Assembly (NCBI GenBank): GCA_030065975.1
Contig: JASJCN010000010.1
Coordinates: 1 to 63,196, forward strand
DNA from: Myxococcota bacterium
GTDB lineage: Bacteria > Myxococcota_A > UBA9160 > UBA6930
Reading direction: 5' to 3'
DNA: 63,196 nucleotides
Below are positions 1 to 12,577 of this stretch, in pieces. The notes under the pieces were generated by a model. That model searched no databases. It had not been told where the DNA came from and worked only from the letters and a program-made list of their open reading frames with translations. Position 1 is the stretch's first letter; each line of letters opens with the position of its first letter. The translations under genes were made by a program, and so were the position numbers.

Positions 1-48
1 CTTCAACCGGAGCTTCAACCGGAGCTTCAACCGGAGCTTCAACCGGAG
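1..48. repeat. 12-bp tandem repeat (CTTCAACCGGAG) x4
   Basis: Four exact copies at the window start. In the NrsF reading frame they encode STGA repeats. Confidence 0.9.
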
Positions 49-77
49 CCGCGGCCGAAGCCGCGGCCGAGCGCGAG

Positions 78-728
78 GTGCTCGACCTGATCGGCGACCT
101 GGCCGACGACCTCGAGCCCGTGACGCCGATTCCGCGCCTGCGCACGGTCGTGGGCGGGTTGCTCCTGTTGTGGGCGGCCGTCGCCGGACTCGGCATCGCG
201 ATGCGCGGGCTGCGACCGGACTTCCTCGAGATGCTGCTGCACGTGCGCGGCACCGCACTGATCTTCACGGGCCTGGGCGTGGCCGGGCTCGGCGGGCTCC
301 TGGCATCGCTGGCCCTCGGCGTTCCCGGACGCGAGGGGGCCGTCCGTTCGGGCTTCGTGGTGGCGGGCATCGGCATGGCGTTGGCCGCCGGGGTCGGGAC
401 CCTGCTCTTCCTGCAGAACCCCGTCTTCGACTCGCCGGTGCCCCTGCGCGCGGACCTCGACTGCCTGATCGTCAGCCTCTCCGTCGCGCTCCTTCCCGCC
501 CTCGGCATCTCCGTCTTCGGCGCACGCACCGTACCCCACCGCCCCCTCGTCCTGGTGCTGGCCGCGGCGGCGGCCATGGCGGCCATGGGTGGCGCCACGG
601 CACAGGCGACCTGTCCCGCCGACGATCCGCGCCACCTCATGCTCGGGCACGTCCTCGCTCCCGCCGTCGGAGCCCTCGTGCTGACCTTCCCGCTGCTCTT
701 CGCGTTGCGGCGAGCGCGCCGGCCGTGA
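78..728 (+). CDS. nrsF: NrsF/DUF1109-family anti-sigma factor, membrane protein (frame is open to the window edge, so the true start may lie upstream)
   Basis: N-terminal LIGDLADDLEPV, several TM segments, a conserved Cys and C-terminal CPADDPRHLMLGH typical of NrsF. Confidence 0.75.
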   Translation: MLDLIGDLADDLEPVTPIPRLRTVVGGLLLLWAAVAGLGIAMRGLRPDFLEMLLHVRGTALIFTGLGVAGLGGLLASLALGVPGREGAVRSGFVVAGIGMALAAGVGTLLFLQNPVFDSPVPLRADLDCLIVSLSVALLPALGISVFGARTVPHRPLVLVLAAAAAMAAMGGATAQATCPADDPRHLMLGHVLAPAVGALVLTFPLLFALRRARRP

Positions 729-1153
729 GCTCCGGGGAGTGGCGGGAGCGCTGGCTCCCGCGCGTCGCTCCCATCCTCCTGGTCGCGCTGGCCGGAATCC
801 AGATCGCCCTTGCGTTCGGCGTCGGGCTCTCTCCCTGGAAGGGCGGCGGCTTCGGCATGTTCGCCTCGACGGACCACAGCGGCTTCCGCCGCCTGGTCGC
901 GGTGTCGATCACGGAGGCCGGCGAGTCGCCACTGCGAGTGCCCGGAGAGCTCGATCGCGCGCGTCGCGCGGTGCGGCTCTTCCCCACGGAATCGCGGCTG
1001 CACGAGATCGCCCGTGCCTTGTCGGCGACCGCTCCGCTCGACACCCGCCGGATCCGCGTACGCGTCGAGCGCGGGCTCTTCGAGGGGCCGGAGCTCGCTC
1101 CGCGGTGGGAGCCGATCGCGAGCGTCGAGCACGTCGTGGACGCCGCACCGTGA
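725..1153 (+). CDS. Small membrane-anchored protein with GLSPWKGGGFGMF motif (HTTM-associated, SdpA-like position)
   Basis: GTG start overlaps the NrsF stop (GTGA). One TM helix, then WKGGGFGMFAS. Translationally coupled to the next gene. Confidence 0.6.
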   Translation: MSSGEWRERWLPRVAPILLVALAGIQIALAFGVGLSPWKGGGFGMFASTDHSGFRRLVAVSITEAGESPLRVPGELDRARRAVRLFPTESRLHEIARALSATAPLDTRRIRVRVERGLFEGPELAPRWEPIASVEHVVDAAP

Positions 1154-2010
1154 GCGCCTTCTCCCTCGGCTTGCGGCTGCTCGCGCTCACGCTCCTCCTC
1201 GACGCGTCGCTGCACTGGTTCGAGCGCGTCCCCGTGATGATGCTGGCCGGGACGGCGCTGCTCGTGCCGTGGCTACTGCAGTCGCGCGCGATCTGGATCG
1301 CGCTCACCCTCGCGACGGGCGCCTCGGTGATCTGGGACTTCCCCTTCGCCGACAACCACGACCACCTGATGGCCTTCAGCTGTCTGGCCGTCGTGTGCGC
1401 GCTCCACACCCGGGATCCCGAGCGCGCCTTCGCGACCAGCGCCCGGCTGCTGATCGGCCTCGCGTTCCTCTTCGCGGTGATCTGGAAGGTCGGCCTCTCG
1501 CCCGAGTTCCGTGACGGGCGCTTCTTTCGCGTCACCCTGCTCACCGACACCCGCTTCGCCGACCTCGCGGTGATGGCGGGCGGGCTCGATTGGGACCGCT
1601 GGGAGGCGAACGGCGACCTCCTCGCCGACACCCTCTCTGGCCGCGAGCCCTGGCCCGAGGGCGGCTTCGACGAGCCGCCGGCGCTGCGGCGCCTCGCCAC
1701 CTTCGCGACGGTCTACACCGGAGCGATCGAGGCCTTCGTCGCCCTCGCGTTCCTGCTGCCGCCCACCGGTCGCTTCGGGGGGCGGATCGCCCGCTTCCGC
1801 GATGCGTCGCTCCTGCTCTTCGCCGTCACCACCTACGCCTTCGCCACGGTGCGTGGCTTCGGCTGGCTCCTCATGGTGCTCGGCGTCTCCCAGTGCGAGA
1901 GCCGGCGCATGCGGGTGGCGTACGTGGCCACCTTCTTCCTGATCGAGGCCTACCGCAGCGTGCCGTGGAGCGACGCCGTGATCGCGCTCATGGGCCGCGG
2001 GCCCAGCTGA
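1150..2010 (+). CDS. HTTM/vitamin K-dependent carboxylase-like polytopic membrane protein
   Basis: GTGA overlap, multiple TM helices, DNHDHL and FAVIWK...FRDG motifs resembling the HTTM NH and AxxK..WxxG motifs. Confidence 0.55.
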   Translation: MSAFSLGLRLLALTLLLDASLHWFERVPVMMLAGTALLVPWLLQSRAIWIALTLATGASVIWDFPFADNHDHLMAFSCLAVVCALHTRDPERAFATSARLLIGLAFLFAVIWKVGLSPEFRDGRFFRVTLLTDTRFADLAVMAGGLDWDRWEANGDLLADTLSGREPWPEGGFDEPPALRRLATFATVYTGAIEAFVALAFLLPPTGRFGGRIARFRDASLLLFAVTTYAFATVRGFGWLLMVLGVSQCESRRMRVAYVATFFLIEAYRSVPWSDAVIALMGRGPS

Positions 2011-2018
2011 GGCGAGCG

Positions 2019-2633
2019 CTAGGCGGGAATCGCCATGCCCTTGGTGACGGCCGGCCGCTCGGCGATGCGCTCCATCCAGGCCACGACCCGCGGGCGGGTC
2101 ATCATCGGCGGTGCCTTCAGGTCGTAGACGAAGCGCAGCCAGGGGTAGTGCATGATGTCGCCGATGCTGTACGGGCCGGCCAGATGGTCGCGTCCATCCT
2201 CGAGGATGCGATCGATCACGCCGAGGAGGCGGTCCACCTCGCCGGAGAAGATGTCGATCATCTCCTGGTTCTTCTCGCCCTCCTTGCGGAGTGCCGCGCC
2301 GAGGCGGCCGAGGTTGGGCCCGATCCCGCCCGTCTGGAAGAAGGCGTACTGGATGGCGGCCATGCGCTGGGCCGGGTCCTTCGGGAGGATGCGACCCTCG
2401 GGATCGTGCCGTTCGCCCAGGTGGAGCAGGATGGCGCCCGACTCCCAGATCACCAGATCGTCGTCCTTCAACACGGGGATCTTGTGGTTGGGGTTCAGCG
2501 CCAGGAACTCGGGCTTCAGCTGCTCTTCGGCGGCCAGGTCGACGTGCACGAGCTCGTAGTCGATCCCGAGCTCTTCCAGGGCGACGCTGATCTTGCGTCC
2601 GTTGGGGGTCGTCGAGGTGTACAGGGTGATCAC
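2019..2633 (-). CDS. Glutathione S-transferase (YfcG/Ure2-like)
   Basis: TPNGRK, LNPNHKIP, WESGAIL and YSIGDI motifs. Confidence 0.9.
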   Translation of the reverse strand: MITLYTSTTPNGRKISVALEELGIDYELVHVDLAAEEQLKPEFLALNPNHKIPVLKDDDLVIWESGAILLHLGERHDPEGRILPKDPAQRMAAIQYAFFQTGGIGPNLGRLGAALRKEGEKNQEMIDIFSGEVDRLLGVIDRILEDGRDHLAGPYSIGDIMHYPWLRFVYDLKAPPMMTRPRVVAWMERIAERPAVTKGMAIPA

Positions 2634-2689
2634 GCGGGGATTCCTCTCGGGGGTCGGGCGCAGGAACGGGGAGCGGAGCCGGGTTCGCG

Positions 2690-3097
2690 TCAGGAGACGA
2701 CGGCGGTGGCCTCGAGCTCGATCAGGAACTCCGGGCTGGCCAGGCTGGCCACGCCGATCCAGGTCTGGGCCGGGGGCTCGCAGTCGCTGAAGAGGCCGCC
2801 GATGCCCTTGGCCACGTCGGCCGCCATCTCGGGGCTGTAGTTCACGATGTAGGCGCGCAGCAGCGTCACGTCCGCGGGGGAGGCGCCGCCGGCCGAGAGC
2901 GCGCGTCGCACGTTCTCGGCGGCCTGCTGAGCCTGTGCGGCGAGGTCGCCCACGCCGACGGTCTTGCCGTTCTCGTCCCAGGCGACCTGCCCGGAGAGGT
3001 AGAGGACGCGACCCGCGGCGGGCGCCGAGACGCCCTGGGAGAAGCCGAGCTTGCGGGAGTCGTAGAGATCCGAGGGGACGATTCGTTCGTTGGACAT
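2690..3097 (-). CDS. RidA/YjgF family protein
   Basis: LYLSGQV and PAQTWIGVASLASPEFLIELEA motifs. Confidence 0.88.
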   Translation of the reverse strand: MSNERIVPSDLYDSRKLGFSQGVSAPAAGRVLYLSGQVAWDENGKTVGVGDLAAQAQQAAENVRRALSAGGASPADVTLLRAYIVNYSPEMAADVAKGIGGLFSDCEPPAQTWIGVASLASPEFLIELEATAVVS

Positions 3098-3131
3098 GGC
3101 TTGCCTCGCGTCCTTCGTCGAAGGCCGGCGG

Positions 3132-3677
3132 TCAGCCGGCGGGAAGCTCGCTCCGGCCGTCCGTCGACCAGTAGCTCGCCGTGAGTTTCAGGCTCTGGAT
3201 GTCCGCGCGGCTCGAGATCTCCTCGTACACGCGCTTGTAGCCGGTGTGCTCGATGCGCCAGGCGCCGTCGCCGCCGCGCACGTACACGTCCTCGTAGAAC
3301 GCGGAGCCGCGGATCGTGATCTGGAACTTCGTCTCGATCACCACGTCGTCGAGCTTCCAGGTGCCGCGGGCGCGGTCCGGCCCGTCGAAGCGGATTTCCG
3401 GGTGCCCGGCGTGGTGGCTCGAGTGGAAGGTCTCGGCGCCCATCGAGCGCTTCAGGAAGTCGACGATGGCCGCACGCCCCTCGAAGGTGTACTTGCCCCC
3501 GCTGTAGGCGGCGGTGGCGTCGTCGGTGAAGCAGCCTTCGATGTCGTCCCAGTCCTTGGTGTCGAGGCAGCGCAGGTAGCGGTACTTCAGCCGCCGGATC
3601 GACTCGAGGGCGAGCAGATCCTCGAGCGAGGCCGCCTCTCCGTTCGTGCCCGAGCCACCGGCATCGGATCCCGTCAC
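3132..3677 (-). CDS. SnoaL/NTF2-like protein (BaiE-like dehydratase fold)
   Basis: IRRLKYRYLRCLDTKDW, HHAGHPEI and YEDVYVR...WRI motifs. Confidence 0.85.
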   Translation of the reverse strand: MTGSDAGGSGTNGEAASLEDLLALESIRRLKYRYLRCLDTKDWDDIEGCFTDDATAAYSGGKYTFEGRAAIVDFLKRSMGAETFHSSHHAGHPEIRFDGPDRARGTWKLDDVVIETKFQITIRGSAFYEDVYVRGGDGAWRIEHTGYKRVYEEISSRADIQSLKLTASYWSTDGRSELPAG

Positions 3678-3778
3678 GAGCCCTCCTCCACGGGCCTTGG
3701 ATGCGCGCCCGGCGACCGAGGATACACCGCCTCGTGCTAATCTCCGGATCTTTCCAGCTCCCAGTGGGTGGAGGGATC

Positions 3779-4444
3779 TTGACGAAGCTGCGTCGGAATC
3801 CGTCGAGTCGCAGTGCCCTTCTCAGGACCCTGACCGGGACCCTGACTGGGACCCTGGCTGGGACCCTGACCGGGACCCTGGCCGGGACCCTGCTCGGCGT
3901 GGCCCTCTCCTGCGGCGGAGCGGCGGCGCCCGAGGACGTGGCGACCACCTTCTGGTCTTCGCTTCGCGACGGTCGCATCGACGAGGCCCGTGCCATAGCC
4001 CTCCCCATCGACGCCGGTCGCCTGGAGGGCCTGACGGAGGGCACGTTGATCACGGCGGTCGAGCTCGGCGCGATCGAGCTGGGCGAAGACACGGCCCGGG
4101 TCGAGACGTCGCTGCCCTCGCCCCAGGGCGACGTGGTCTACCGCTTCCCGACCCACCTGACCCGGGTCCAGGGCGAGTGGCGGGTGGACGCCCAGAAGAC
4201 GCTCGGAAGCATGCGCGAGGCCGTCATCACCGCGAGCCTGGAGCAGGCGGGCGAAGCCCTGCGCGAGAGCGGGCGGATCTTCGGAGAGGCGCTCGGCAAG
4301 AGCGCCCGGGACGCGAGCCGCGCCATCGAGGAGGCGCTCGAAGAGTTCAGCCGCTCGCTGGAGGGCCCGCCGCCGCGCGCGCCCGCGGATCCCCCCGCGC
4401 CGGAGTCGCCTCCCGCAGAGCAACCCGGTGGAAGGCCGCTCTGA
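3779..4444 (+). CDS. Hypothetical lipoprotein
   Basis: GGAGG before a TTG at 3779, lipobox VALSC, then a helical C-terminal part and a Pro-rich tail. The start is uncertain (ORF open from 3701). Confidence 0.6.
   Translation: MTKLRRNPSSRSALLRTLTGTLTGTLAGTLTGTLAGTLLGVALSCGGAAAPEDVATTFWSSLRDGRIDEARAIALPIDAGRLEGLTEGTLITAVELGAIELGEDTARVETSLPSPQGDVVYRFPTHLTRVQGEWRVDAQKTLGSMREAVITASLEQAGEALRESGRIFGEALGKSARDASRAIEEALEEFSRSLEGPPPRAPADPPAPESPPAEQPGGRPL
3825..3892 (+). repeat. 12-bp tandem repeat (GGACCCTGRCYG) x5.7 encoding TL(T/A)G
   Basis: Visible tandem copies inside the predicted signal peptide. Confidence 0.9.
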
Positions 4445-5142
4445 TGGAGAAGCTCGTCTACGTCTTGTGGCCCGAGGCGGGCCAGGCCGCCGCCGACTTC
4501 GCGCTGCGCGCGCGCTCGGAGCTCGCGGCGCAGCTGATCGAGCTCGGCTGCCGCGGGCTCGCGCTCTCGCTCGTCGACGAGGATGCCGAGGCCGTACAGG
4601 GCTCGCGGCTCACGAAGATGGAGACCCCGATCGCCGGCCTCGCGTCGTTCTGGCTCGAGTCGGCCGAGGACCGTGGCCCTCACGAGGAGAGGCTCGAGGC
4701 CGCGTGCGGTCGCATCGCGGGCTACGCCGTCTCCGAGTCCGTCCCGCTGCTGCCGGAGTGGAAGGCCGGGACGCGCATCCCGGGCATCGACATGGTGGCG
4801 CTGCTGCAGCGCCCCGAACGGATCGAGCCGGCCGAGTGGCTGCATCGCTGGCTCGACCACCACCGGGTGGTCGCGCTCGAGACCCAGGCCACCTTCCTCT
4901 ACGTCCGGAACGTCGTGGTGCGGGCGCTCACCGAAGGGGCGCCGCCCTACGCCGGCATCGTGGAGGAGGGCTTCGCCACCGAGGCGATCGGCAATCCGGC
5001 GAAGTGGTACGACGCCGAGGGCGACCCGAAGAAGCTCGAGGCGAACGTCTCGCGCATGATCGAGAGCTGCAAGGCGTTCCTCGACCTCGGCGCCGTCGAG
5101 TCCCATCCGACCTCGCTGTTCGCCATTCAGGATCGCCCGTGA
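4444..5142 (+). CDS. EthD domain-containing protein (two dimeric alpha/beta-barrel units)
   Basis: MEKLVYVLW start overlapping the previous stop. WLDHH...ETQATFLYVRNVV...GIVEEGF pattern. Confidence 0.75.
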   Translation: MEKLVYVLWPEAGQAAADFALRARSELAAQLIELGCRGLALSLVDEDAEAVQGSRLTKMETPIAGLASFWLESAEDRGPHEERLEAACGRIAGYAVSESVPLLPEWKAGTRIPGIDMVALLQRPERIEPAEWLHRWLDHHRVVALETQATFLYVRNVVVRALTEGAPPYAGIVEEGFATEAIGNPAKWYDAEGDPKKLEANVSRMIESCKAFLDLGAVESHPTSLFAIQDRP

Positions 5143-5939
5143 GCACCGGGCGGCTGGCGGACAAGGTCGCGCTCGTGACGGGCGCGGCCCGGGGGACCGG
5201 AGAGCTCGTGGCCCGCCGCTTCGTGGCCGAGGGCGCGCGCGTCGTGCTCGGCGACGTGCTCGAGGCCGAGGCCGGGGCCGTCGCCAAGGATCTCGGCGAT
5301 GCGGCCTGCGCCCTGCGTCTCGACGTCACCTCCGAGGAGGACTGGCAGGCCGCGATCGAGACCACGAACGAACGCTTCGGTGGACTCGACGTGCTGGTGA
5401 ACAACGCCGCGATCCTGCACCTCGAGGCGCTGGTCGACACCCCGCCCGAACGCTTCCAGGCCCTGCTCCAGGTGAACCTCTACGGCCCCTTCCTCGGCAT
5501 CCGCGCGGCCGCCGGCGCGATGACCGAGCGGGGAGGCGGGTCGATCGTGAACGTCTGCTCCGTCGACGGCGTCCAGGGCAAGAACGGCGTCGCCGCCTAC
5601 GCCTCGAGCAAGTGGGGCCTGCGCGGGCTCACCCGGGTGGCGGCGGTCGAGCTCGGTCGCGCCGGCATCCGCGTGAACACCGTCTGCCCGGAGGCCGGCA
5701 GCACCCACATGATCGGGCCCTACGTGCCCGAGGGCGTGGATCCCGGCATCGTGCACGGCTTCGGACAGCCCTTCCTTCCGTACCAGCGCGAGCGCACCAA
5801 CGACGAGCGGCTCGGGGACATCGTGTCGATGATCCTCTTCCTGGCGTCCGACGAGAGCCGCTCCTCCACGGGCTCCGACTTCCTGGTGGACAGCGGCAAC
5901 ACCCAGCTCAAGCGCGTCAAGGGAGCGCCGGGCGCGTGA
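5139..5939 (+). CDS. SDR oxidoreductase (3-alpha/20-beta-hydroxysteroid dehydrogenase-like)
   Basis: TGAARGTG, NNAA and YASSK motifs; GTGA overlap. Confidence 0.88.
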   Translation: MSTGRLADKVALVTGAARGTGELVARRFVAEGARVVLGDVLEAEAGAVAKDLGDAACALRLDVTSEEDWQAAIETTNERFGGLDVLVNNAAILHLEALVDTPPERFQALLQVNLYGPFLGIRAAAGAMTERGGGSIVNVCSVDGVQGKNGVAAYASSKWGLRGLTRVAAVELGRAGIRVNTVCPEAGSTHMIGPYVPEGVDPGIVHGFGQPFLPYQRERTNDERLGDIVSMILFLASDESRSSTGSDFLVDSGNTQLKRVKGAPGA

Positions 5940-5968
5940 GCGCGCCGGGGCCGGCAGGAGCCTGAACC

Positions 5969-7411
5969 TTGCGGAGCGGGATCCGAAGGCGCGCCGAGCT
6001 GTCGCGCTTCGACGAAGAGTGCGACGTGATCGTCGTGGGCCTCGGCGCAGCGGGCGCCTCGGCCGCGATCGAGGCGCGGGCGCATGGCGCCGAGGTCGTG
6101 GTGCTGGAGCGCGCCGCCGCCGGAGGCGGGACCTCCGCGATGTCCGGCGGCGTCGTGTACCTGGGCGGCGGCACCGCGCTGCAGCGGGCGTGCGGCTTCG
6201 ACGACGATCCCGAGGAGATGTTCCGCTACCTGATGGCTTCCTGCGGAGAGGCGCCCGACGAGGCCAAGGTCCGCGACTACTGCGAAGGGAGCCCGGCCCA
6301 CTACGAGTGGCTCGTCGAGCAAGGCGTCCCCTTCAACCCCGTCTTCCACCACGGCTGCAGCGGGGAGCCGCCGAACGAGGACGGCCTCGTGTGGTCGGGA
6401 AGCGAGAACGTGTGGCCCTTCGACGGCATCGCGAAGCCCGCGCCGCGGGGGCACGTGCCGGCGCGGCCCCACCAGGCGGGACCCTTGCTGATGGAGAAGC
6501 TGGTCTCGGCGACCGAAGCCTGCGGCGCCGGGATTCGCACCGGCCATCGCGTCCTCGAGCTGGTGCTCGAGGACGACGGCCGGGTCGTCGGCTGCGTGGC
6601 CCGCGCCTTCGGGGAGGAGCGTGCGCTCGCCGCGCGCGGCGGCGTGGTGCTCACGACGGGCGGGTTCATCAACGACGACGCCATGCTCGAGGCCCACGCG
6701 CCCTGGCTGCGTCGCTGCAGCTTCCGGGTCGGCGCCGAGGGCGACGACGGCAGCGGCATCCGGCTCGGCATGGCCGCCGGAGCCGACACCCTGCACATGG
6801 AGGCGGGCTCGGTCTCCCTGCCCGTGACCCAGCCCTGGGGCCTCAAGCGCGGCATCCTGATCAACGCCCAGGGCCAGCGCTTCATCAACGAGGACGCCTA
6901 CTACGGCCGCCTCGGCGAGCACGCGCTGCTGCGGCAGGAAGGGCGTGCGTGGCTCGTCCTCGATGACGGCTGCTTCGAGCGCGTGACCTACCCGCGCGAC
7001 GTGGCGGCGGTGGGGGAGTCGCCGGCCGAGCTCGAGCAGGAGCTCGGGCTGCCGCCCGGGAGCCTCGTCGCGACCCTCGCTCTCTACAACGAGCACGCGC
7101 GCAAGCAACAGGACCCCGCCTTCCACAAGGGGCCCGACTACCTGACGCCCCTCGAGACCCCGCCCTTCGGCGCCTACGACTGCACCACCGAGGGCTCGCT
7201 GTACGCGGCCTTCACCCTCGGCGGGCTGCGCACCGATCCCTTCGGGCGCGTGCTCGATCCGGCCGGGGCCCCGATTCCGGGCCTGTTCGGAGCGGGGAGG
7301 GCAACCTCCGGGCTGGCCGTGCCCGGCTACTCGAGCGGCCTCTCGCTGGGTGACGGCACGTTCTTCGGGCGGCGCGCGGGGAAGGTGGCCGCGGCGGAGG
7401 CCTCCTCGTAG
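5969..7411 (+). CDS. FAD-dependent oxidoreductase, 3-ketosteroid dehydrogenase/FAD_binding_2 family
   Basis: VVGLGAAG, GGTSAMSGG, GQRFINED, FTLGGL and YSSGLSLGDG motifs; AGGAG upstream of TTG. Confidence 0.85.
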   Translation: MRSGIRRRAELSRFDEECDVIVVGLGAAGASAAIEARAHGAEVVVLERAAAGGGTSAMSGGVVYLGGGTALQRACGFDDDPEEMFRYLMASCGEAPDEAKVRDYCEGSPAHYEWLVEQGVPFNPVFHHGCSGEPPNEDGLVWSGSENVWPFDGIAKPAPRGHVPARPHQAGPLLMEKLVSATEACGAGIRTGHRVLELVLEDDGRVVGCVARAFGEERALAARGGVVLTTGGFINDDAMLEAHAPWLRRCSFRVGAEGDDGSGIRLGMAAGADTLHMEAGSVSLPVTQPWGLKRGILINAQGQRFINEDAYYGRLGEHALLRQEGRAWLVLDDGCFERVTYPRDVAAVGESPAELEQELGLPPGSLVATLALYNEHARKQQDPAFHKGPDYLTPLETPPFGAYDCTTEGSLYAAFTLGGLRTDPFGRVLDPAGAPIPGLFGAGRATSGLAVPGYSSGLSLGDGTFFGRRAGKVAAAEASS

Positions 7412-7455
7412 CCGACGGCCAGTCATCACTTCGGTTCGCGGAACCCCGATCTCTG

Positions 7456-7470
7456 ATAGATTCGGGATAT
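7456..7470. promoter_or_regulatory. Possible OxyR/LysR autoregulatory site (ATAG-N7-ATAT)
   Basis: ATAGATTCGGGATAT overlaps the oxyR start codon and resembles ATAG-N7-CTAT. Confidence 0.35.
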
Positions 7471-8428
7471 GGACGCTCTCCCCCTCCATCGGCCCTCGGT
7501 GCGTCAGCTCGAGTACCTGGTCGCCGTCGCCGACGAGCTGCACTTCGGCCGGGCCGCGCGCAGCTGCGCCGTGACCCAGCCCGCGCTCTCCGCCCAGGTG
7601 CGGCTCGTCGAGGAGCTGCTGGGCGTCCAGGTCTTCGAGCGCAGCAAGCGCCGGGTGCTGGTGACTCCCGCCGGAAGCCAGGTGATCGAGCACGCGCGCC
7701 GATGCCTCTCCGCCGTCGACGCGCTGGTGGAGGACGCGCGCCGCGCCTCCGAGCCGCTCTCCGGTCCGCTTCGCCTCGGCGTGATCCCGACGATCGCGCC
7801 CTACCTGCTCCCGGCGGTGCTGCCGCGCGTGCGCAAGCAGCACCCGAAGCTCGAGCTGGTGCTGCGCGAGGAGCAGACCCGCCATCTGGTCGAGTCCGTC
7901 GAGTCGGGAGCGCTGGACCTCGGGCTCCTGGCCCTGCCGGTCGAGGAGGCGGACCTGGTGGAGCTGCCTCTCTACGACGAGCCCTTCCAGCTGGTCGCTC
8001 GCGAGGACCATCCGCTGGTGCAGGACAAGGCGGCACGGATCCCCGAGTCGGCCCTCAAGGGCGAGGAGGTCCTGCTGCTCGAGGACGGCCACTGTCTGCG
8101 CGCCCAGGCTCTCGAGGTGTGCCGGCGGGCGGGGGTGAATGCGGGTCGCATCCAGGCGACGAGCTTGAACACCCTGGTCCAGATGGTGGCGGGAGGCCTC
8201 GGCGTGACGCTGCTTCCCGAGCGCGCCCAGGAGGTCGAGCTGCGCCACGGCTCGGGCCTGGCGTGCAAGGCGTTCCGCAAGCCGGAGCCCGTCCGGACCG
8301 TCGGCCTCGCCTGGCGGCAGGGGGCCGCGCGCGAGCACGAGTATCGACTGCTGGCCGAGACGCTGGCGGAGGCCGCCAGGCCGGTCGGACCGTCGGCCAG
8401 GAAGGCGCGGGCGCGCAAGTCCGCTTAG
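7469..8428 (+). CDS. oxyR: Hydrogen peroxide-inducible LysR regulator OxyR
   Basis: LysR HTH (HFGRAARSCAVTQPALS), GVIPTIAPYLLP, and LLEDGHCLRAQALEVC with both redox Cys. Confidence 0.9.
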   Translation: MDALPLHRPSVRQLEYLVAVADELHFGRAARSCAVTQPALSAQVRLVEELLGVQVFERSKRRVLVTPAGSQVIEHARRCLSAVDALVEDARRASEPLSGPLRLGVIPTIAPYLLPAVLPRVRKQHPKLELVLREEQTRHLVESVESGALDLGLLALPVEEADLVELPLYDEPFQLVAREDHPLVQDKAARIPESALKGEEVLLLEDGHCLRAQALEVCRRAGVNAGRIQATSLNTLVQMVAGGLGVTLLPERAQEVELRHGSGLACKAFRKPEPVRTVGLAWRQGAAREHEYRLLAETLAEAARPVGPSARKARARKSA

Positions 8429-11644
<3,216 letters not shown>

Positions 11645-11669
11645 CCGAAGAGCGCTCGAGGAGGACGCA

Positions 11670-12533
11670 ATGAACGACGCTTCGATGGCCGGGCGCGTGT
11701 GTCTGGTCACGGGATCGACCAACGGCATTGGCCGCTCGGCGGCCGAGACGCTCGCGCGCCGGGGCGCGAGCGTGGTGATGCTCGCCCGGAATCGCGGGCG
11801 GGGCGAGCGCGCGCGTGACGAGATCCGCTCTCGGACCGGCAACGACGACGTCACTCTGCTGCTCGCCGATCTCTCGTCCCAGGCCCAGATCCGCCGGGCC
11901 GCGGCCGAGTTCCTGGCGCTGGATCGGCCGCTCCACGTGCTGCTCAACAACGCGGGCGTCGTGAACCGGGTGCGCGAGGAGACCGAGGACGGCATCGAGG
12001 CGACCTTTGCCGTCAACCACCTGGCCTACTTCCAGCTCACGAACCTGCTCCTCGATCGGATGAAACGGAGCGCGCCCGGCCGCATCGTGAACGTCTCGTC
12101 CGATGCGCACCGCTTCGCGGGGGCCCTCGACTTCGATGATCTCGAGGCGCGGGGCCGCTACGCGTTCATGACCGTCTACGGCCGCTCGAAGCTCGCGAAC
12201 ATCCTGTTCACCCGGGAGCTGGCGCGCCGCCTCGAGGGCAGCGAGGTGACGGCCAACTGCCTGCACCCGGGCTTCGTGGGCAGCAACTTCGCCGCGAACA
12301 ACGGAACCCTTGCGGCGGGCCTGATGCGTCTGCTCCGTCCCTTCGCGCGCAGCACCGAGAAGGGCGCCGAGACGGCGGTCTACCTGTGCACGGCCGCCGA
12401 CGTCGAGGGGAAGACAGGCGGCTACTACTACGACTGCAAGCCCCACGCGCCCCGCGAAACGGCGCTGCGGGACGAGGACGCATCCCGCCTCTGGGACGTG
12501 AGCCTCCGGATGACGGCCGGCGAATCCGCCTGA
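11670..12533 (+). CDS. SDR oxidoreductase (retinol dehydrogenase-like)
   Basis: TGSTNGIG, NNAG, FAVNHL, YGRSKLAN and LHPG motifs; GGAGG RBS. Confidence 0.9.
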   Translation: MNDASMAGRVCLVTGSTNGIGRSAAETLARRGASVVMLARNRGRGERARDEIRSRTGNDDVTLLLADLSSQAQIRRAAAEFLALDRPLHVLLNNAGVVNRVREETEDGIEATFAVNHLAYFQLTNLLLDRMKRSAPGRIVNVSSDAHRFAGALDFDDLEARGRYAFMTVYGRSKLANILFTRELARRLEGSEVTANCLHPGFVGSNFAANNGTLAAGLMRLLRPFARSTEKGAETAVYLCTAADVEGKTGGYYYDCKPHAPRETALRDEDASRLWDVSLRMTAGESA

Positions 12534-12562
12534 AGGGGGAGCGGCCAGGCCACTCCCCCTTC
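12532..12562. terminator. Hairpin between convergent genes
   Basis: GAAGGGGGAG...CTCCCCCTTC inverted repeat. Confidence 0.6.
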
Positions 12563-12577
12563 CTTCGTCGCGCGCTC

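Noticed and set aside
5936-5971. In-frame GTG...TGA just upstream of the flavoprotein, a possible fourth Sec readthrough
   Set aside because: There is no redox motif. AGGAG lies 8 nt before the TTG start, so the normal start explains the gene.
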